Notes: a model not told the origin generated them from the sequence alone. Counted from the first letter of the stretch, positions 12,994-27,488 are shown. The stretch: DNA of 64,000 nucleotides from Callorhinchus milii (GCF_018977255.1 NW_024704742.1:29390001-29454000); one strand, 5' to 3'. Numbers and translations are program-made.

Positions 12994-13929
12994 TGTCTCC
13001 CTTTCTGAATACAATGTTCTTCCAGTTGACACAGATAATGTCGACGAGTAATAATTTTTTCTATGATCTCATGGACACAATATTTAAAGTTCTTTCAAAC
13101 AAAATTCTCTTCCAACAATTCAAATAAACTGAACCATTCACACAGCCGTGCAGGTTTGACTGGCAAATGCTGCTCTGAGTAATCATGAGCAGTTGCACTT
13201 CAAGGGACAGCTTCTCCCCTCCTAATCCAGTCCCACTTCGCATGTGAATCCCTTCCTCTCAAGTCCATTGATTCTGTTAGAGTCCAGGTTGTGAGTGTGT
13301 TGGGATAATATCCCCAGGCGATCAAATACCCAGGCATATTCTTCAGCAACACCCCAACATGAAACTTTGAGCTGCAACGGGTCTGTTGGCGACGCACTTT
13401 CAGGAACTCCACTCCACTGGGCATAATCCAGGGGATCAGAAGATATTCTTTGCGCAAATTCCTTGGATTGACTACAGTGTGACTCTGTGGGGAGAGCCCG
13501 GGTGCTGCACTGCACTGGTTGCTGGGTTGGTGAGTAGTTAAGCAAGTCCGGTCAAATGGCAAATGACAAATATTATTGCAAATATTACGATCCCATTGTG
13601 AATTATGGGCAAGTGTCTGTTTTGTCAAAACAAATCAGTTAATTTTAATTTTAAGGACAGCTGGACGTTATGATACTCATTCATGTTCCTGAACACTCTA
13701 TCTCTCCACCTTGCCCCTTCCTTCCCCATCTTTAGGTTGCACATGAAGACCTTCCATTTCGACCGTGACTCTGTGGGGAGTCAGGCTCCGTCACTGTTAA
13801 GTGCTCTGAGCTGCTACCCTGCATGGAGGGCGTTATATAAGTGCAAATTGTTGTGCCTAGGATCACCACCCACCCCCCCTCACTGGCTCGTAGTCATGCT
13901 CCGCCACTCTCAAGCGCTCTAGGACAGGA

Positions 13930-14350
13930 TTTGGAAAACCAGAACGTTGATATTATGGCCTTCACGGAAACCTGGATCACCCCAGGTGACATCTTCCCCT
14001 TCACTGAGGCCACACCACCCGGCCACACCTACCACCATTGCCCCACACCCCAACCATTGTGACGGTGGGGTGGCCCTCATCTCCAAGCCGTCACTTGCTC
14101 TATCCCTTATTCCGCTGGCTTATTCCCCTTCTTTGAACACCTTACCCTCTGCCAACCCTCCAACCTCTCACTAAAAATCCTCCAAATTTACCAACCCCCA
14201 AATCCTCCCCCACCTTCATCTCTGTCATCTCCACCCTTCTAGCTTCCCTCTGCCTCTGCACCGACCGCCTCATCATCTTAGGTGACTTCAATCTCCACTT
14301 CACCCCCTCTTGCTCCACCTCCTCAGACTTCTCCGCTCTCCTCTCTCAAC
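13930..14350 (+). mobile_element. L2-clade LINE fragment, APE endonuclease region
   Basis: VDIMAFTETWITPGD, GGVALI and LIILGDFNLH motifs across frameshifts. Confidence 0.85.
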
Positions 14351-16858
14351 CTCTCCCGGGCATTTGATATACTCCCATATCACATCAAAACGTTGCAACC
14401 TGCTTCACAGAGTTCTCTAAAGTGTAGTGACTATGCATTTGTAGATGAAGGTGGCAGCCAATTTGCACACAGCTGAGTCCCACAAGTAGCCAAGAAGTAA
14501 TTTACTGGTTGTATGTGAGAGATTAGGCACTCCAGGTGTTTTGTTACAGAAGCCTTGTGAGGAGCATACATGTGGATCCCTGTAATGTGTTCATTTTACT
14601 GATAAGTCTGATCAATAGTTACACTTTCTTCTGGGTGGGGCACAAAGACTTGGGGTGGGGAGGGGGAGAGATTATTGTTAGCCCACACAAGCACGTGCTT
14701 TAGAAATAGAATTGATTAACATTCCTCCACCTCTATATTCAAAGCAATTTAATAAGAAACAATTTATTAAGAATGAATTTGTCTACCCAGAATTATTTAA
14801 AAAGTACTGTTCTGAGATAACTTGTTTTTTTCATACAGAGTCCAAAAGCATTTGCAATCAATGCGACAGCTAGAGTGTGTAAAGTGTTCAAACCCAAGAC
14901 TGTAATATATTATTATTATTATTATTATAACGAGTAAAGGACTCTTGTTGTTAAATGATCAGCATAACAAAGTTTTCATCTTGATCTGAGCTCGATGTGG
15001 CTCTGTGATGTACCTGATAATAGTCTGGATTTTATACTATAGAAATAGTCAAACCCTCTAAACATTCATTGGAGCTGATCATCGCGAGTGGAAACCAAAC
15101 ACAATAGAGAGAGAATAAAACTCAGTGTCACTTATCCGGGTGTTGGCTAACCCCAAACAAGGTGAATTTTGCAAAGACATGGTTTTTTTTCCTTGTTAAA
15201 AAAAAACAAAGGGGGTGAGGGGTGGTGAATGCTGAAACGATTTGTGCAAATAAATGTACATTGCCCCCGTCTCTCAGTCTGAAATATTCCCTCCAGCACA
15301 TTAGCTATGGCTTGGACTTAGAGCATATTTCCAGTTTTTAAAAAAAGTTACGATCTAGTTTGTGTCTTTTTTCGTGTTTGTTTTCAAAGAGTCAGTTTGA
15401 AAATTGTTTGAAATTTCAGTTTGAAATTTCAAATTGTTTGAACTGCACAACTCAAATTTACTTCTCTGTCAATTGCATTCCACTAAACCCCATTGGCCAC
15501 GGATGCTGTAAAAATGCTTTATCCCACATGTTTGAACTGAAGGGACTGTGTCAACAAAACGATGCGTCTGGTTACAGGAGATTATTGTGTGTACATTTGC
15601 TGGAGAAGTGAAATGAAGAGCTGGGTGTTTTTTCTCCTTTCTCAGACACTGAAGAAATGAACCAAGTGCAGCTTGAACGAATGCGATTGCCCCCTAGTGC
15701 GATGTCCAAACACTGCACTGAGCGATTGGGATATACAGTAGCTACATTTTTTGATAGCTACCAAACTTGTCAAGGCCTCGAGAAATATGCCAGTATTGTG
15801 CGATTCCTCCCCGTGTATCACTGCGGGTAAAAGGACTTTCTGCCATTTGACCAGCTACCCTGCATGGGGGGGCTCAACCACTGCTATATAAATGCTATAT
15901 AAAGGCAAGTTGCTGTTGTTGCTTGCTTCATCGCAGTTTGAGGTTTACACAAACTTTTCATTTTCTTGTGTTGGTCACAGTATTCCCTTGCAGTTATTCA
16001 TCAAATTTGAACATTGCTTTTTTTCCTGGAAGATTTATTTTTTAGTTACTAATTTGGGATTTTTCATTTTTTTCTGGATTTTTTCTGCGTTCTTTGTTTT
16101 AATTAACTGTATTTATAATAATATTGACAATCCCTTGCAGTGATTTGCAATCAAGTGTCGTGAGTGAACTTTTAGGCCAACCCAGCAGACAACTTGCAAA
16201 CAAGGTCACACAAACCACCATGAAGTGAATGGCCAATTTATCTAGAGAACCTTGGAAAATCGTCTTCTCTTTTTGAGGAGTGACATGGGGTCTTTGCCAT
16301 TAAATGAAGTAAATCAATATGAAATTCCTAATTTGAAAACATCAATGGATGAAATAAAATAATAATAATAATACAATACAAAATTACATATGTATAGCGT
16401 CTTTCATTTCAGGAGAACATCCCAAGGCGCTGATAGACATGGGATTCCACACATCACAGAATAATAAATACATTGTGCTGCCATAAGGATTTGCAGGTAA
16501 AGTATTTAAGATTCAAATCAGATTCTCTCTTCTCAAGTGGTGTCAATAGATCTTTAAGGTCCACCTGAACAGGCAGACGGGACCTTTAACAGCTCATCCC
16601 AAACACAGCACCTCTGACAATACAGTGGTCCCTATCCAGCATTTTCAGAAATACTTTACCTGAGTACATACATGTTATGATCTCCATGTTGAGTGTGACA
16701 TATTTTGAAGACACGTTTAAACATTCAGTGAATTAGAAGTTACTGAGTAAAGAAAGGTTGGGGTGGAAGGAGCAATAAGGGTGGTACTTATGAATGAAAA
16801 CTGAAAAGAGATTTCTCACTTGTTTTCAAAATGCAATTTTTTGCTAAATTTCTCTCAC

Positions 16859-17474
16859 CGAAATATTGCACAGGAATAAAAAGGCAACAACATTCTTGGG
16901 GAACTGTCTCTTCTTGTTTTTCCAACTTCCTTAAGCTTGAGTGATGAGGAGGAGGAGAAGAAGCAGAGTCTTGAGAAAAACTCAGGTCACTATTGTATCC
17001 CTCGCTGTTCTCAATCCAATCGCGGGAAGGTTTGGACAGAGAAACGCACTGAGGAGCTGAGCATGACGACTGGTTATCCAAAGTCTCAAAGGCTTTGTTG
17101 AGGATCCCGCAATATGAACATTTCAGAGGGAGATTATTGGAACTCGATACTGTGAATATCCCTTGAATCATCCCCACTTCCCCATCCATTTCACCATGTT
17201 TCCGATAAAGGGATTCAATTATAAACAGATTCTGTAGGTATTTCTCAGTGATGACCAGGACAGAGAATGACAAGTTCAGCCTATTGTGAGGGGACTGTGT
17301 TTCCCCACAAACAGCAGCCAGGATGAAACACCAGGACATAAACCAAGAGGCACATGCTGTGCGCACCAGCAGATTGCCATCCAACTTCCTGGTGGGGTTT
17401 TTGCAATAATCCAGGGATCTTTTGTCAACTCTATAAATGGCCAGGCTGGCTGCAGCTGCTGCAGACATTAAGCA
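16859..17474 (-). pseudogene. OTOP1: otopetrin-1-like (proton channel) pseudogene fragment, penultimate exon
   Basis: IYRVDKRSLDYCKNPTRKLDGNLLV...EKYLQNLFIIESL matches OTOP1 IYRIDEKSLDESKNPARKLDSDLLV...EKYIQNLFIFESI. The exon end NKKRQFPKNVVAFLFLCNIS|gtgag is in a different frame (frameshift ~16915-16932). The 5' part of the exon and the other exons are not recognisable. Probably a paralog rather than the OTOP1 ortholog. Confidence 0.85.
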
Positions 17475-18584
17475 ATCGTGGGCCCCCAATCGTGGGCCGC
17501 CAATCTTGGATTAGACCCCACTGTAATGCTAGTTATCCAAATACCTTGAAATTGAGGTACAATCAGATACGTTCACAGTTCGGCTGAAGTTCTGGTCAGC
17601 GTTACACGTACTGCCTTTTGCAACAGGGAACGACTATGAGCATCAAATATTGCCAAAGGCTCTGAGTGTAAAGCTAACCTGAATTTCAATAACAAATTAC
17701 ATTTGTATAGCACCTTTCACATCTGAAGGATATCCCAAGGCGCTGGACAGTCAGGATTTGGATCCGAGTTGGGGTTGGCATCAGGAGGGATGTAGGGCAG
17801 GCAGGGTAGAAGGGTGAGTGGAGGGGTTGCAGAGCTTGTAGAACACATGAACCTTATTGCCAGTTAATAAAGCCAGAAGGAGCAGAAAATACAATGAAAA
17901 CACTGGATGGAAGGTAAAACTGGGAGTTTTGGACATAAATTAATTTGTATAAGTGGCGTTTGAAAGCAACGGCCACAGCAGTGAATAACAGTGTAATCTA
18001 CAATTAATAGTAGGGTTTAAAGTAAATTATTGTTATTGCAACATTTTAATAGGATCTGTGACGTGGTGATTAACCATCAAAAGATACCGATGTTAAGAGT
18101 TGCTGTAGTCTGATGCATTTCTCAGCAGTAAATGTGAAATATGAGCAGTGCCAAGGCAGGGAAACAATGGAAGTGAAATTTATAATTTGGAGAATTGGAA
18201 GGGTTACCAAGACGTTCTTTTGTTTTGTCGGGATGGAAACTTCTAGTTGCCGTGAGCCCAGAAGTGAATCACATTTTGAATCGAAGTTGCAACAGCCAAC
18301 TGTGATTGTGACACTCAGCCAATGCAGTGTTAATCGATTATAACTTTAAATGCTTCCAATAAGAACAAGGCCGGAGCTGTGTTTTGAAGCTGACAATGTT
18401 GTCAATTTCACAAATTGCCAATTCATCGGTCATCGATGGTTATCTCTCAGGGTTCTGGGGTGATTCAAACCTAATTCTCGTATAACGGACCCATTGGAAA
18501 ATTACTCGCCACTCAGTTTGGAAATACTTTTGATTCTTTTAGGAATGCAAGTATTGAAGACATGATCTGTAATAGATAATGATA

Positions 18585-18734
18585 GATGTGGAAGTTGACC
18601 CAATGTCTGCGGATGATGTCACCAAGAGGGAGCACATAGTATTGAAGAGGAGGGGACCAAGGACAGAGCCCTGAGGAACGCCGCACCAGACGGTGCGGGA
18701 GCTAGAAGAGAAACCGTTTGTGGACATGAAATGG
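18585..18734 (-). mobile_element. inverted L2 RT fragment
   Basis: [14 protein letters not shown] motif on the minus strand. Confidence 0.85.
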
Positions 18735-20278
18735 AGGCGGTGTGAGAGGTATGACTCCGCACCTCCATCTCCTACCGCCCCTAGAAAAAAATCTCTCGCC
18801 CCACCTCACTCTCGGCTGCCTTGGCGTCATCTGAAATCCTTCCCCTCTGGGCTTCCTCCCGCGATGACCTATCCTCCTCAGTCACTCTTCTCCACAGCTC
18901 CCTCTCCTACACTCTCGATTCCCTTGCTCCCCTCTCTTCCCGAACTATCTCCTATTCACGTAAGTCACCATGGTACACCAGCCACCTTCCTCCACTCCCT
19001 TAAACCATAGGTGATTGCCGCTGAACACACCTGGCTTAAATCAAACTTAATGGTCCTACGTCAGATCTGGCTGGACCTTATCAAATCTTACCGCTCCGCC
19101 CTTGCCTCCGCTAAATCATTGTTCTACTCTAAGACAATCTTGGAGGATAAGGCTCCTCTTCTCCATCACCAGCCGGCTCCAGCACCCACCCTCTCATGCC
19201 TCGTCCATCCTCACCTCCAATGCCAACTGTGAGGCGATGCTGGACTTCTTTGAACGAGATCCACCCAGCTGCCTCTGCCCTTTTGTCTACTACACCCTCC
19301 CCATCTGGCCCTGACATCCCAGCCCCTACCCATCCCTCCCTCTACACCTTCGAACCAATCTCCCACTCCTCTCTCACCACCACTGTAACCCGCAGGAAAC
19401 CGACCACCTGCTCCCTCGACCCCATCCCTACACATCTCCTTACCTCCTATCTCCACCTTCTTGCCCCTCTACTCACAGACATCGTAAACCTTTCCGTCCA
19501 CTGGTATTGCTCCCACCACATTAAAAATGACCATCATCACTTCTATCCTTAAAAAACCCATCCTGGGCCCATCTCTACTCAAACTACCACCCCATCTCCA
19601 ACCTCCCCTTCCTCTCCTAGGTCCTGGAATGAGTTATTGCTTCTCAGCTTCGCTCCTTCCTCTCCCGCCAAGCCCTTCTGGAACTCCTCCAATCAGGTTT
19701 CCGTGCCACCCGCAGCACAGAAAGAGTCCTGGTCAAAGTAACAAATGACATTCTGTCCATCCACTACCAGTATTCCCTCTGCCTCCTCGTCCTCCTTGAC
19801 CTCTCTGCTGCCTTCAATACCATTGGCCATTCTATCCTCAACCACTGCCTCTCCTCTCACCACAACCTTCACAACTCTGTCCTTGACTGATTCATATCGT
19901 ACCTCTCACACCGCCTCCACTTCATTTCCACAAACGGTTTCTCCTCTAGCCCCCACGCTGTCTCCTGTGATGTTCCTCAGGACTCTGTCCTTGGTCCCCT
20001 CTTCTTCAATATTATGCTCCCTCTCGGTGACATCATCCGCAGACATGGGGTCAACTTCCACATGTATGCAGATGACACCCAATCGTTCCTCTCTACCTCC
20101 ACCCGTGACTCCAGGACCACTGCTGTCCTGACAGAATATCACAGTCCTGACAGTCCTGGATGAGAGCTAACTTTTTTCAGTTGAACGTCAACAAGATTGA
20201 GGCTCTTCTGATTGGCTCCCGTCAGCGCCTCCACACCTCAGGTGCTGACAGCATCACCATCCATGGTTGCACCCCACG
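18735..20278 (+). mobile_element. L2-clade LINE ORF2 fragment (RT), degraded
   Basis: [27 protein letters not shown] and MYADDTQ motifs. Confidence 0.9.
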
Positions 20279-23129
20279 GAAGCCTGGGGTGATGGGTGTG
20301 TAGAGTTTAGTATGGGTGAGGATCTGGGCGGTGGAGCTTTGAATTAATTGGATTTTGTGAATGGTGGAGCTGGGGAGGAGGGTATTAGAAAATCAAGGCA
20401 GGGGGTGAAGAATTGCTTGAAAGAGGACAACTTTCTCCTGGTTTAATGGTAACTTAGTTTAATGATAACTTTAGTGTTAACTCTACATTCGATCTTAACT
20501 CCAAATTTGTTAATAAGGGAAATGATACAAAGAATAACAATACATCAATAAGCTAACAAGCTACATTTATTAATTAGAAATCACAAATACAATTTTCTTG
20601 TGCACTGAATTACAGTCAGTTTATCATATGAACTAAATGTGTAAATTAAAAGAAAGGAACATATGGCTTATCAATGCAACATATTACTGTTTGCACATGG
20701 GTTTCATGATTGTCTTTATTATTACATGTCCTTTCAGAGAACATAAGTCACATGGTTCTCCCAAATCTGGTTGACTTTAAGCCAGTGTATTGTTTTGCTT
20801 TATTAAAAACACCCATTAAAAATGACAAAGGTTTAACATTTGTTAAATGAAGTGATACCTGGTGGTGCAAAGTATCAGTTTGCAAACTTGTTGTACCACA
20901 AAGTGTTAGCAGTCCCTTCAAAGTGAGCTCTGAATAAATGAGCTCCCAATAAATGAGTTCCCAATGCAGCCACCCTGAGCTGTCCGCTCAACTGACACGG
21001 GCCTCCTGCTCGTCCCTCGCACCCTCCATCCCACCATCGGAGGTCACGGTTTCAGCCACTATGCCCCTGGAACACTCTCCATCAATCCCTCCGCCTTGCC
21101 CCCTCTCTCCCCCTTTTCAAGAACTGCCTGAAAACCTTCCTCTTCAACCGTGCTTACAGCCACCTCCCCCGGCTGAGAGTCAGGCTTCGCCACTGTTAAG
21201 CGCTCTGAGACGCTACCCTGCATGGAGGGCACTATATAAGTGCAAGTTGTTGTTATTGTTGTCAAGCAGAGGTGCAAGCAAATAGAAGTCAGACTCTTCC
21301 CAGTTGAGAGAGATGGAAAATAGGAAGGAGAAACATTTCTTGCTACTCTGGTGCACTCCTGTTGACCAGCTACAGTGCAACATTAGCACCGAGAGCAATA
21401 CAATGGTTACATGGCTTATTTATCCTACTGGCAACCGGTTTTCTTTAATGTTGTTCCAATACATGTATTTCATGATGCACTCATTCATCATTGAATGTGG
21501 TTAACCCTAGTGTTGATACAGCTCAAACTCTCTTTCCAGACACCAGTTTTTGAAGCACACTCTCTGTAATTGTAAGCCATGTGCTTTTCACAGTTTCAGT
21601 GAACACAGTGTAAAGGTTTCACCAAGTCTACTTTACATCCCTTAACTGGAATCCTAGTGAGAATCCAGAAGCATCTGCACAAAAGTTTCACAAAATTGTT
21701 ATTGTACTGCTATTATTATTATTGCGCTTTACTGAAATCATTATTATTTTATTATTAGCTTCCACTATTATTATCCATTACTTCATTACTAGTGATTGCA
21801 ACAAGTTAATAAAAATGAAAAAAACATGTCAATTAAAACGCTTTTTCAGGATTTTCTATTTTAATCCTTTGAATGATTAAATTGCAAAAGTAGAGGTTGC
21901 AATTCATAATGCTGCACAGGTCACTCAATCCTCGACAAGTTAGTTATTTAAGCCTTTCACAGTGAAAAAAATGTCTTCAAAGGTACATGGAACCGAGCAG
22001 CCACTTTACAATCAATCAAGTGAGTCCAGCCCAGTAGCCTGCTCACCTCTGTGCCTGAAGGGGCCCTGACAAGCAACCCAGAAATAAACCACCAAGTGGG
22101 TTTATAATTGTAAAAAATGAAAATGAATGCAAAACGGGGAGTAATATTAATGGCATTCGAGAATGCTTTGCAATACTTACTCGTGCGATTACACACAGTG
22201 GAAGCGAGAAAAACAACTATTGGTGTGACTCGTTCAAGCTGGATCAGTGAAGCAGTAAACTGTACAAACATCACTGTTGTATAACATCATCCAAGTAATC
22301 TGGAACAAATAAACTGAACGTTACAGATAGTTCACTGTTGTACAGCTATCCTGCTTTATTTATTAATTCATATGTAGATGGGCTAATTTACACCAGCAGC
22401 GTGTTATGTTCTATGTTTTGCCTTATTAGAATTCACTATAAATATTCACCTACTAAAATACCCTAGAGATTATAATATTTTCAAGATAGGATTTTTATAA
22501 TCCCTAATAGCATGCAATGCATGTACCATGCAATAGATTCTTACACACCAGCTCGTGTACAGTATTGCTTTCTGTGTTCTGCTAAAATACTACTTTTAAT
22601 CGCAGTACCAAGAACTAACTATACCAGGTGCTGTGACACTGTTATACTTATTATCCCTTCACCAATCTTACTCCATCTCGACTGCCGCATTATGCTTTAA
22701 AAAGTACTTTGAACAAAAGAAAAAGATTAGACCTTATGTTACAAAGATTGATAGTGGGCAGTCCTTTGGGACGTCCTCCCGAGGTGAAAAGCGCTATATG
22801 AATGTAATTTTGTTGTTGTTGTTGTCAACAGCTCAGTGGGCATAACTCACTGTAAAAAAAGTTATAAAGAGACTCAGAGAAACAGAAAGAGAACAGTAGA
22901 GGTTACGCTTAAAAGATTACTGTATTTTAGCCTCCCCTTTTATTAGATTGCCAGGCATCTAATAGCTGACAAGTAACTGCTGCAAATGACACCACAGCAG
23001 TATTAACTAAATCAGCAGTTCAGTTCAAAAACTCTTTGAAGGCTTTACATGGGAGATAGCAAAATCCTTTTGTGTTTTGCTGTATTTAAAACATTGTTTC
23101 ATATGTTTGTACAAATTGCTTTAACTAGT

Positions 23130-26100
23130 TTAAAAATTGCACAGTGCGGTGTTCATTCCAGCCGTGATGGCGGACAAATTGGTGGAATTCAGCATGTGTA
23201 TGTCTCGCTGTGCAAGGTAGTCCTGCTACAGGCATTCCACAACATATGTGCTGAGCTCCCATTTTGTGGACTGAACAAAAGAACAATAAGGGATTGTCAC
23301 CAAGAGGAAAGAGTGGAACAGATGGGCCAGGGTCCAGAACTGCAAAGGAGCCAAGCATTTATGTATGTCACCCATAGTATAGGCGAGGAGTACATTTTAA
23401 TTTCTTTGCCCAAAGGATCTTAATAAACAGGTAAAAGAGAGTCATTTAGATAAAACATCCACTTAACATTATACATAGTGTCTTTGTCAATGCTTCACTT
23501 TTATGGTAAATCCCATTGAGAGCATCGCCAAAGACATGCATTGAGCAGAAGTTTTACCCCATTGATAGCACAGAGGAGGAAAAGTTTGACTGCACAGTAT
23601 AGTTCAAACTATTTTATCCTTTCCACAGAATCTTGAAGGATTATTTTAAATAACAATAAACATTTTATAATTAGCTCCCCCCCACCCCCACAAGCAAAAA
23701 CGCCTGAGAATTGTATGTTTTCAACTGCTCAATGAGACTATTAATAATAATAATCCTTGCATTTGATATAGCGCCTTATCACGTGTTTGAGACATCTCAA
23801 AGCGCTTCACAAAATATAATGTAAAGTGTATTGTCTGTGTACTGTATTACACCATTCACGGGCAACCTGCATCTTTTACCTCATCACCGAAGACACATAT
23901 AGCTGTTTAAGAGTGCTGCTGACCTCTGCTCCAACGCAGTCAAGGAAGCGATGTGCTGCATTACTGTTTGAATTCAACACGTATTCATTCACTGCAGGTT
24001 AGGAGCTGTTTAAAAAGGCTCGCTTTAAAAAGCTGTTGCATTGTGACCTGACAGAAGCAAACTGTGAATGCAAAGCCAACAGCTAGATCACCTTCTGATG
24101 ATGTGGTTGTGAAATATTTGTTCAAAGTCAACTAATCGCCATTGAATCTCGCCAGGAGTGTTTGCGTGCCTTAGAATAAACATTGCCCTTCTCTGTTCCT
24201 GGCTGCACTCTCCTTAATCAACAGAGGACAGTCCAGCCATGTGCTCTGATCCACAAACACTGTCAAGTACCGTTTTTTGAACAACACGCCAGCGGATATC
24301 CCTGAATGTTACAAAAGGAAAGTGTTTTCCTTCAAAACCGCAATAGAGACAGGCACATTTTACCTCTTGGGGACATTCAAATGCAAGTTCAGACGGCGAA
24401 ATCTGGATCAGTGAAGCCCAAAATGCCTCATTGTTTTAAAATAGTTGAATATTGCAGAATTTTGAAAATGTATTACTTTCGAATTTAGAAGCTGGTTTTA
24501 CGCAACCCTTTAGGTAGTTTTCAAATTTCAAATTTTAAACTAAAAACAATAATAAATTGGTCATTTTCAATCTACGACTGTTTGTGGGACATTGCTGTGC
24601 GCAATTGGCTGCCGCGTTTGCCCACAAATATACAGTCAATTCACTTTACAGTGTGTTCTGTGAAGCGCTTTGGGACATCCTCCCGATGTGAAAAGCGCTA
24701 TATCAAATGCAAGGATTAAATAAAATAAATTAAACCATGAGAAATGTCATGCAAAGGCGCACTACAGTTGTAACTAGCAGATGACCCTTTTGGGTCCTTC
24801 AAATGGCTGTGTGTGTAACAAAGATCTTTATAAACTATGGTTAAAGATCTAATTGATGAAGTCCAAAGCAGGCGTTACAAAGCCTGTAGAAGCATGAAGG
24901 TTCTATGTTGATTAAATGGATAAAGCGCAGAAAACAAATAGCCAAATAATCAAATCCTTGAATGAGCTCAAAGTGTCTTATTCTAGAATAAAGCCTTCAC
25001 ACCTTTATACTCTATAGACCCTATGGACTAATTGACTTGTTGTCCCTTTAAGAACCAGCTAGGTATTGCTTTGAAATTCAAGAGATTTTCAAAAATGCAG
25101 TTTCAACAGGGATTCAAGATGACTTGCCAGTTAACCAAATTGTAATTTCTAATATCAATAATCTATCTTGGTATGGCTCTTCAGTCAGTAACATAATACA
25201 ATCCAAATTCAAACAAACACAATTTCCAACTTGCTATTCTCTTTTTTCACAACAGACAGCTGTTTCACAGCCTACTGTACACATTAGAGGCCCGAAATTC
25301 CATCCACTCTTAGCTTGCAAGACTAGGCGGAATTTGTCTTCAAGATAAAAGATCACTTAGAATCGTGGAAAATTCTTCAATTCAATCTTAATTTAGAAGT
25401 TAATCTTCTTAACGGATTGCGGAAAACCAGCTTCCAAATTTTGATCCCACCAGAGAATTGTCCATAATTCTGCATGATTTTAAATATTAAAATGATCTTA
25501 CAGGCAAAAGATGGGCCGAATTCCAGGCCAACAATTAATAAAGGAAAATAGATCTACATTCTATAAATTGTTAAATTAAATAATGGGGCACCCCATTATT
25601 CGGATTATTAGGCTAGTTCTGTTTTATTTTTTCCACAAAATGCTTTCGATATTTCCTCTTCTTCCCCCTCACTTTAGGTTTCACCACTTTTAAGTGCTTG
25701 AAAGCAGAGCACTTAATCATCTGATTTTATTCACCCTTCACAAGAAGAAAAGTCTGGCCTTCGCTAGGTATGTGTGAGAGCTTCCATAGAGCTGCTGAGA
25801 TCTGTCAATCCCAGTTGCACACCCACATCTGAGGCAAGTTCTCTACTCTGATTTGTGCGAGCGTGAGGTAGAAAGTTTCCACAATACGTTTTTCACTTTA
25901 AGATGAATCAGTTTAAGGTTCAAGCAAGTATTTGGGGGCTTATAGTGGGAACCCATTTATCAGGGTAGGTCGGGAAAGATCTCCTTTCAGTGCAGAGACA
26001 AGTTCATGTCAATGGTATTTATGCCTTGTACTGCATGGCCGCAGTTCTAGCATTTTATGCACATTGGATTTTGTAAGAACATAAGAATTTGCTAGACGAA

Positions 26101-27488
26101 AGAAGACCAAGGTCCATCCGGTTTGCCTTCCACCATCCTGGCAGTCAAATGCACATGTTGTGTCCCCAAACTATATATTGTATCCTGAGATATTATTTCC
26201 TAACAGAAATCTATCTAATTTGTACATTTTTAAATGCACGCATACACAGGATGCTGAGAAACCAATGATTTGGTTAAAAATTTAGCGTGGGTAAGTGGCA
26301 TTCGGAAAAATGGATTCTCACTTGATCTCTGCACTGTGACTTTGCTCAATATTTCAGAAACGTCTTGCATGTAATCCAAGGAAAATAGATCTACATTCTA
26401 CAAATTGTTGAATTAAAAGATGGGGTCCACCTTCAATGCCTCCCTCTCCACACCCCGGAATAACAATCAGAATTGAATCATAAACAATAGTTAACATCCA
26501 TGAAAAAGATAACACCTTAGGGTTTCATTAAATCAGGTTGAAAATAGGAACAAATTTCTAAATTCATCAGAACATTGTTGCAATTTTTTTAAGCACTTAG
26601 CGAGAGAGAACAAGAATTCTACATCATCGGGAAATTATTCAACCCAAAATCAACTCTTCATCACAAGAATGGGAAAAGAGTGCATCATCCCCAATGGTCA
26701 CAGAGTCAGGCAGGATTCAGACCTGGCTGTTATGTCACGAGAGATGCAACCAAGCCAAAGCAAGAATGTATTGCTTCCAATGTCAGTTCCAAGCCCCAAC
26801 AAGGGGCTTGAACAACCACAACCTTCTGGCTCAGAGGCAAGAGTGCTACCCATTGATTCGGGCTGACACACAAAAAAACTACTTGGTGTAAAGTGCTTTG
26901 AAATTCATTCCCACTGGGTGTTGTTTTGGATTAGGATTGTTGGTATTTAGAGGAAGTTCTATGATGGGATGAAACCTTCCTTCATTCCTCTTCTGACTGC
27001 TCCTGGAAAAAGAATAACATTAGTATCAGATTAAAGAATATCTGAATACCGAATATCTGAATACCGAATCATAGTTTCTGCTGATCAATGAAGTTTTCCA
27101 TTGACTGGAATAAAACAAGTATAAGAACCAAGAACAAAGCTTTGAATGGGGACTATTGCTGTAGTGCATCTCGGAGCTTTGTGTCTTGTGGGTAAGGGTT
27201 GAATCCAGATTGCAGGCAGAAGCTACATGTCAACTAATATCAACTACAGCTGGAGAAGGGAATGAGCCACCCCGGCAATGAATGTAGCTCAGCGTTAAAT
27301 ACGGGTAGCAGCTCGTTGACGTCTAATTCACAAGTTCACAAAATTGGTTTAGATGGTCCTTTGATGTCACCTTCCAGCGTACACATCCTACCTTTCTCCC
27401 ACCATAGCAACAAGTTTTTTTTAAATTAAGTCCAGCATCCTGGCTTCTGCTGCTGCCCTCGACTCCAGGAAACATGTAATGTCTCTGG
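23130..27488 (-). pseudogene. decayed exon chain (27488-27392, 27002-26883, 24301-23880, 23418-23130) encoding an unidentified protein domain
   Basis: Four segments with canonical splice sites (the last is terminal), compatible phases and protein-like translations (KDIRWRVVQKTVLDSVCG..., AMFILRHANTPGEIQWRLVDF..., VLLAYTMGDIHKCLAPLQFW...), interrupted by in-frame stops and frameshifts. Confidence 0.6.
25289..25529. mobile_element. degraded inverted-repeat element (MITE-like)
   Basis: Left ggcccgaaattccatccactcttagcttgcaaga versus reverse complement of right end ggcctggaattcggcccatcttttgcctgtaaga. Confidence 0.5.

Noticed and set aside
13200..13628. Two overlapping minus-strand ORFs upstream of the SLC22-like gene
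   Set aside because: No recognisable homology or exon structure; probably degraded repeat sequence
16788..17489. 233-aa ORF as an intact gene
   Set aside because: Non-ATG start, internal exon only, and it leaves the otopetrin frame before the splice donor
21290..21440. Possible remnant of otopetrin exon 1
   Set aside because: Only faint hydrophobic similarity; not supportable without an alignment
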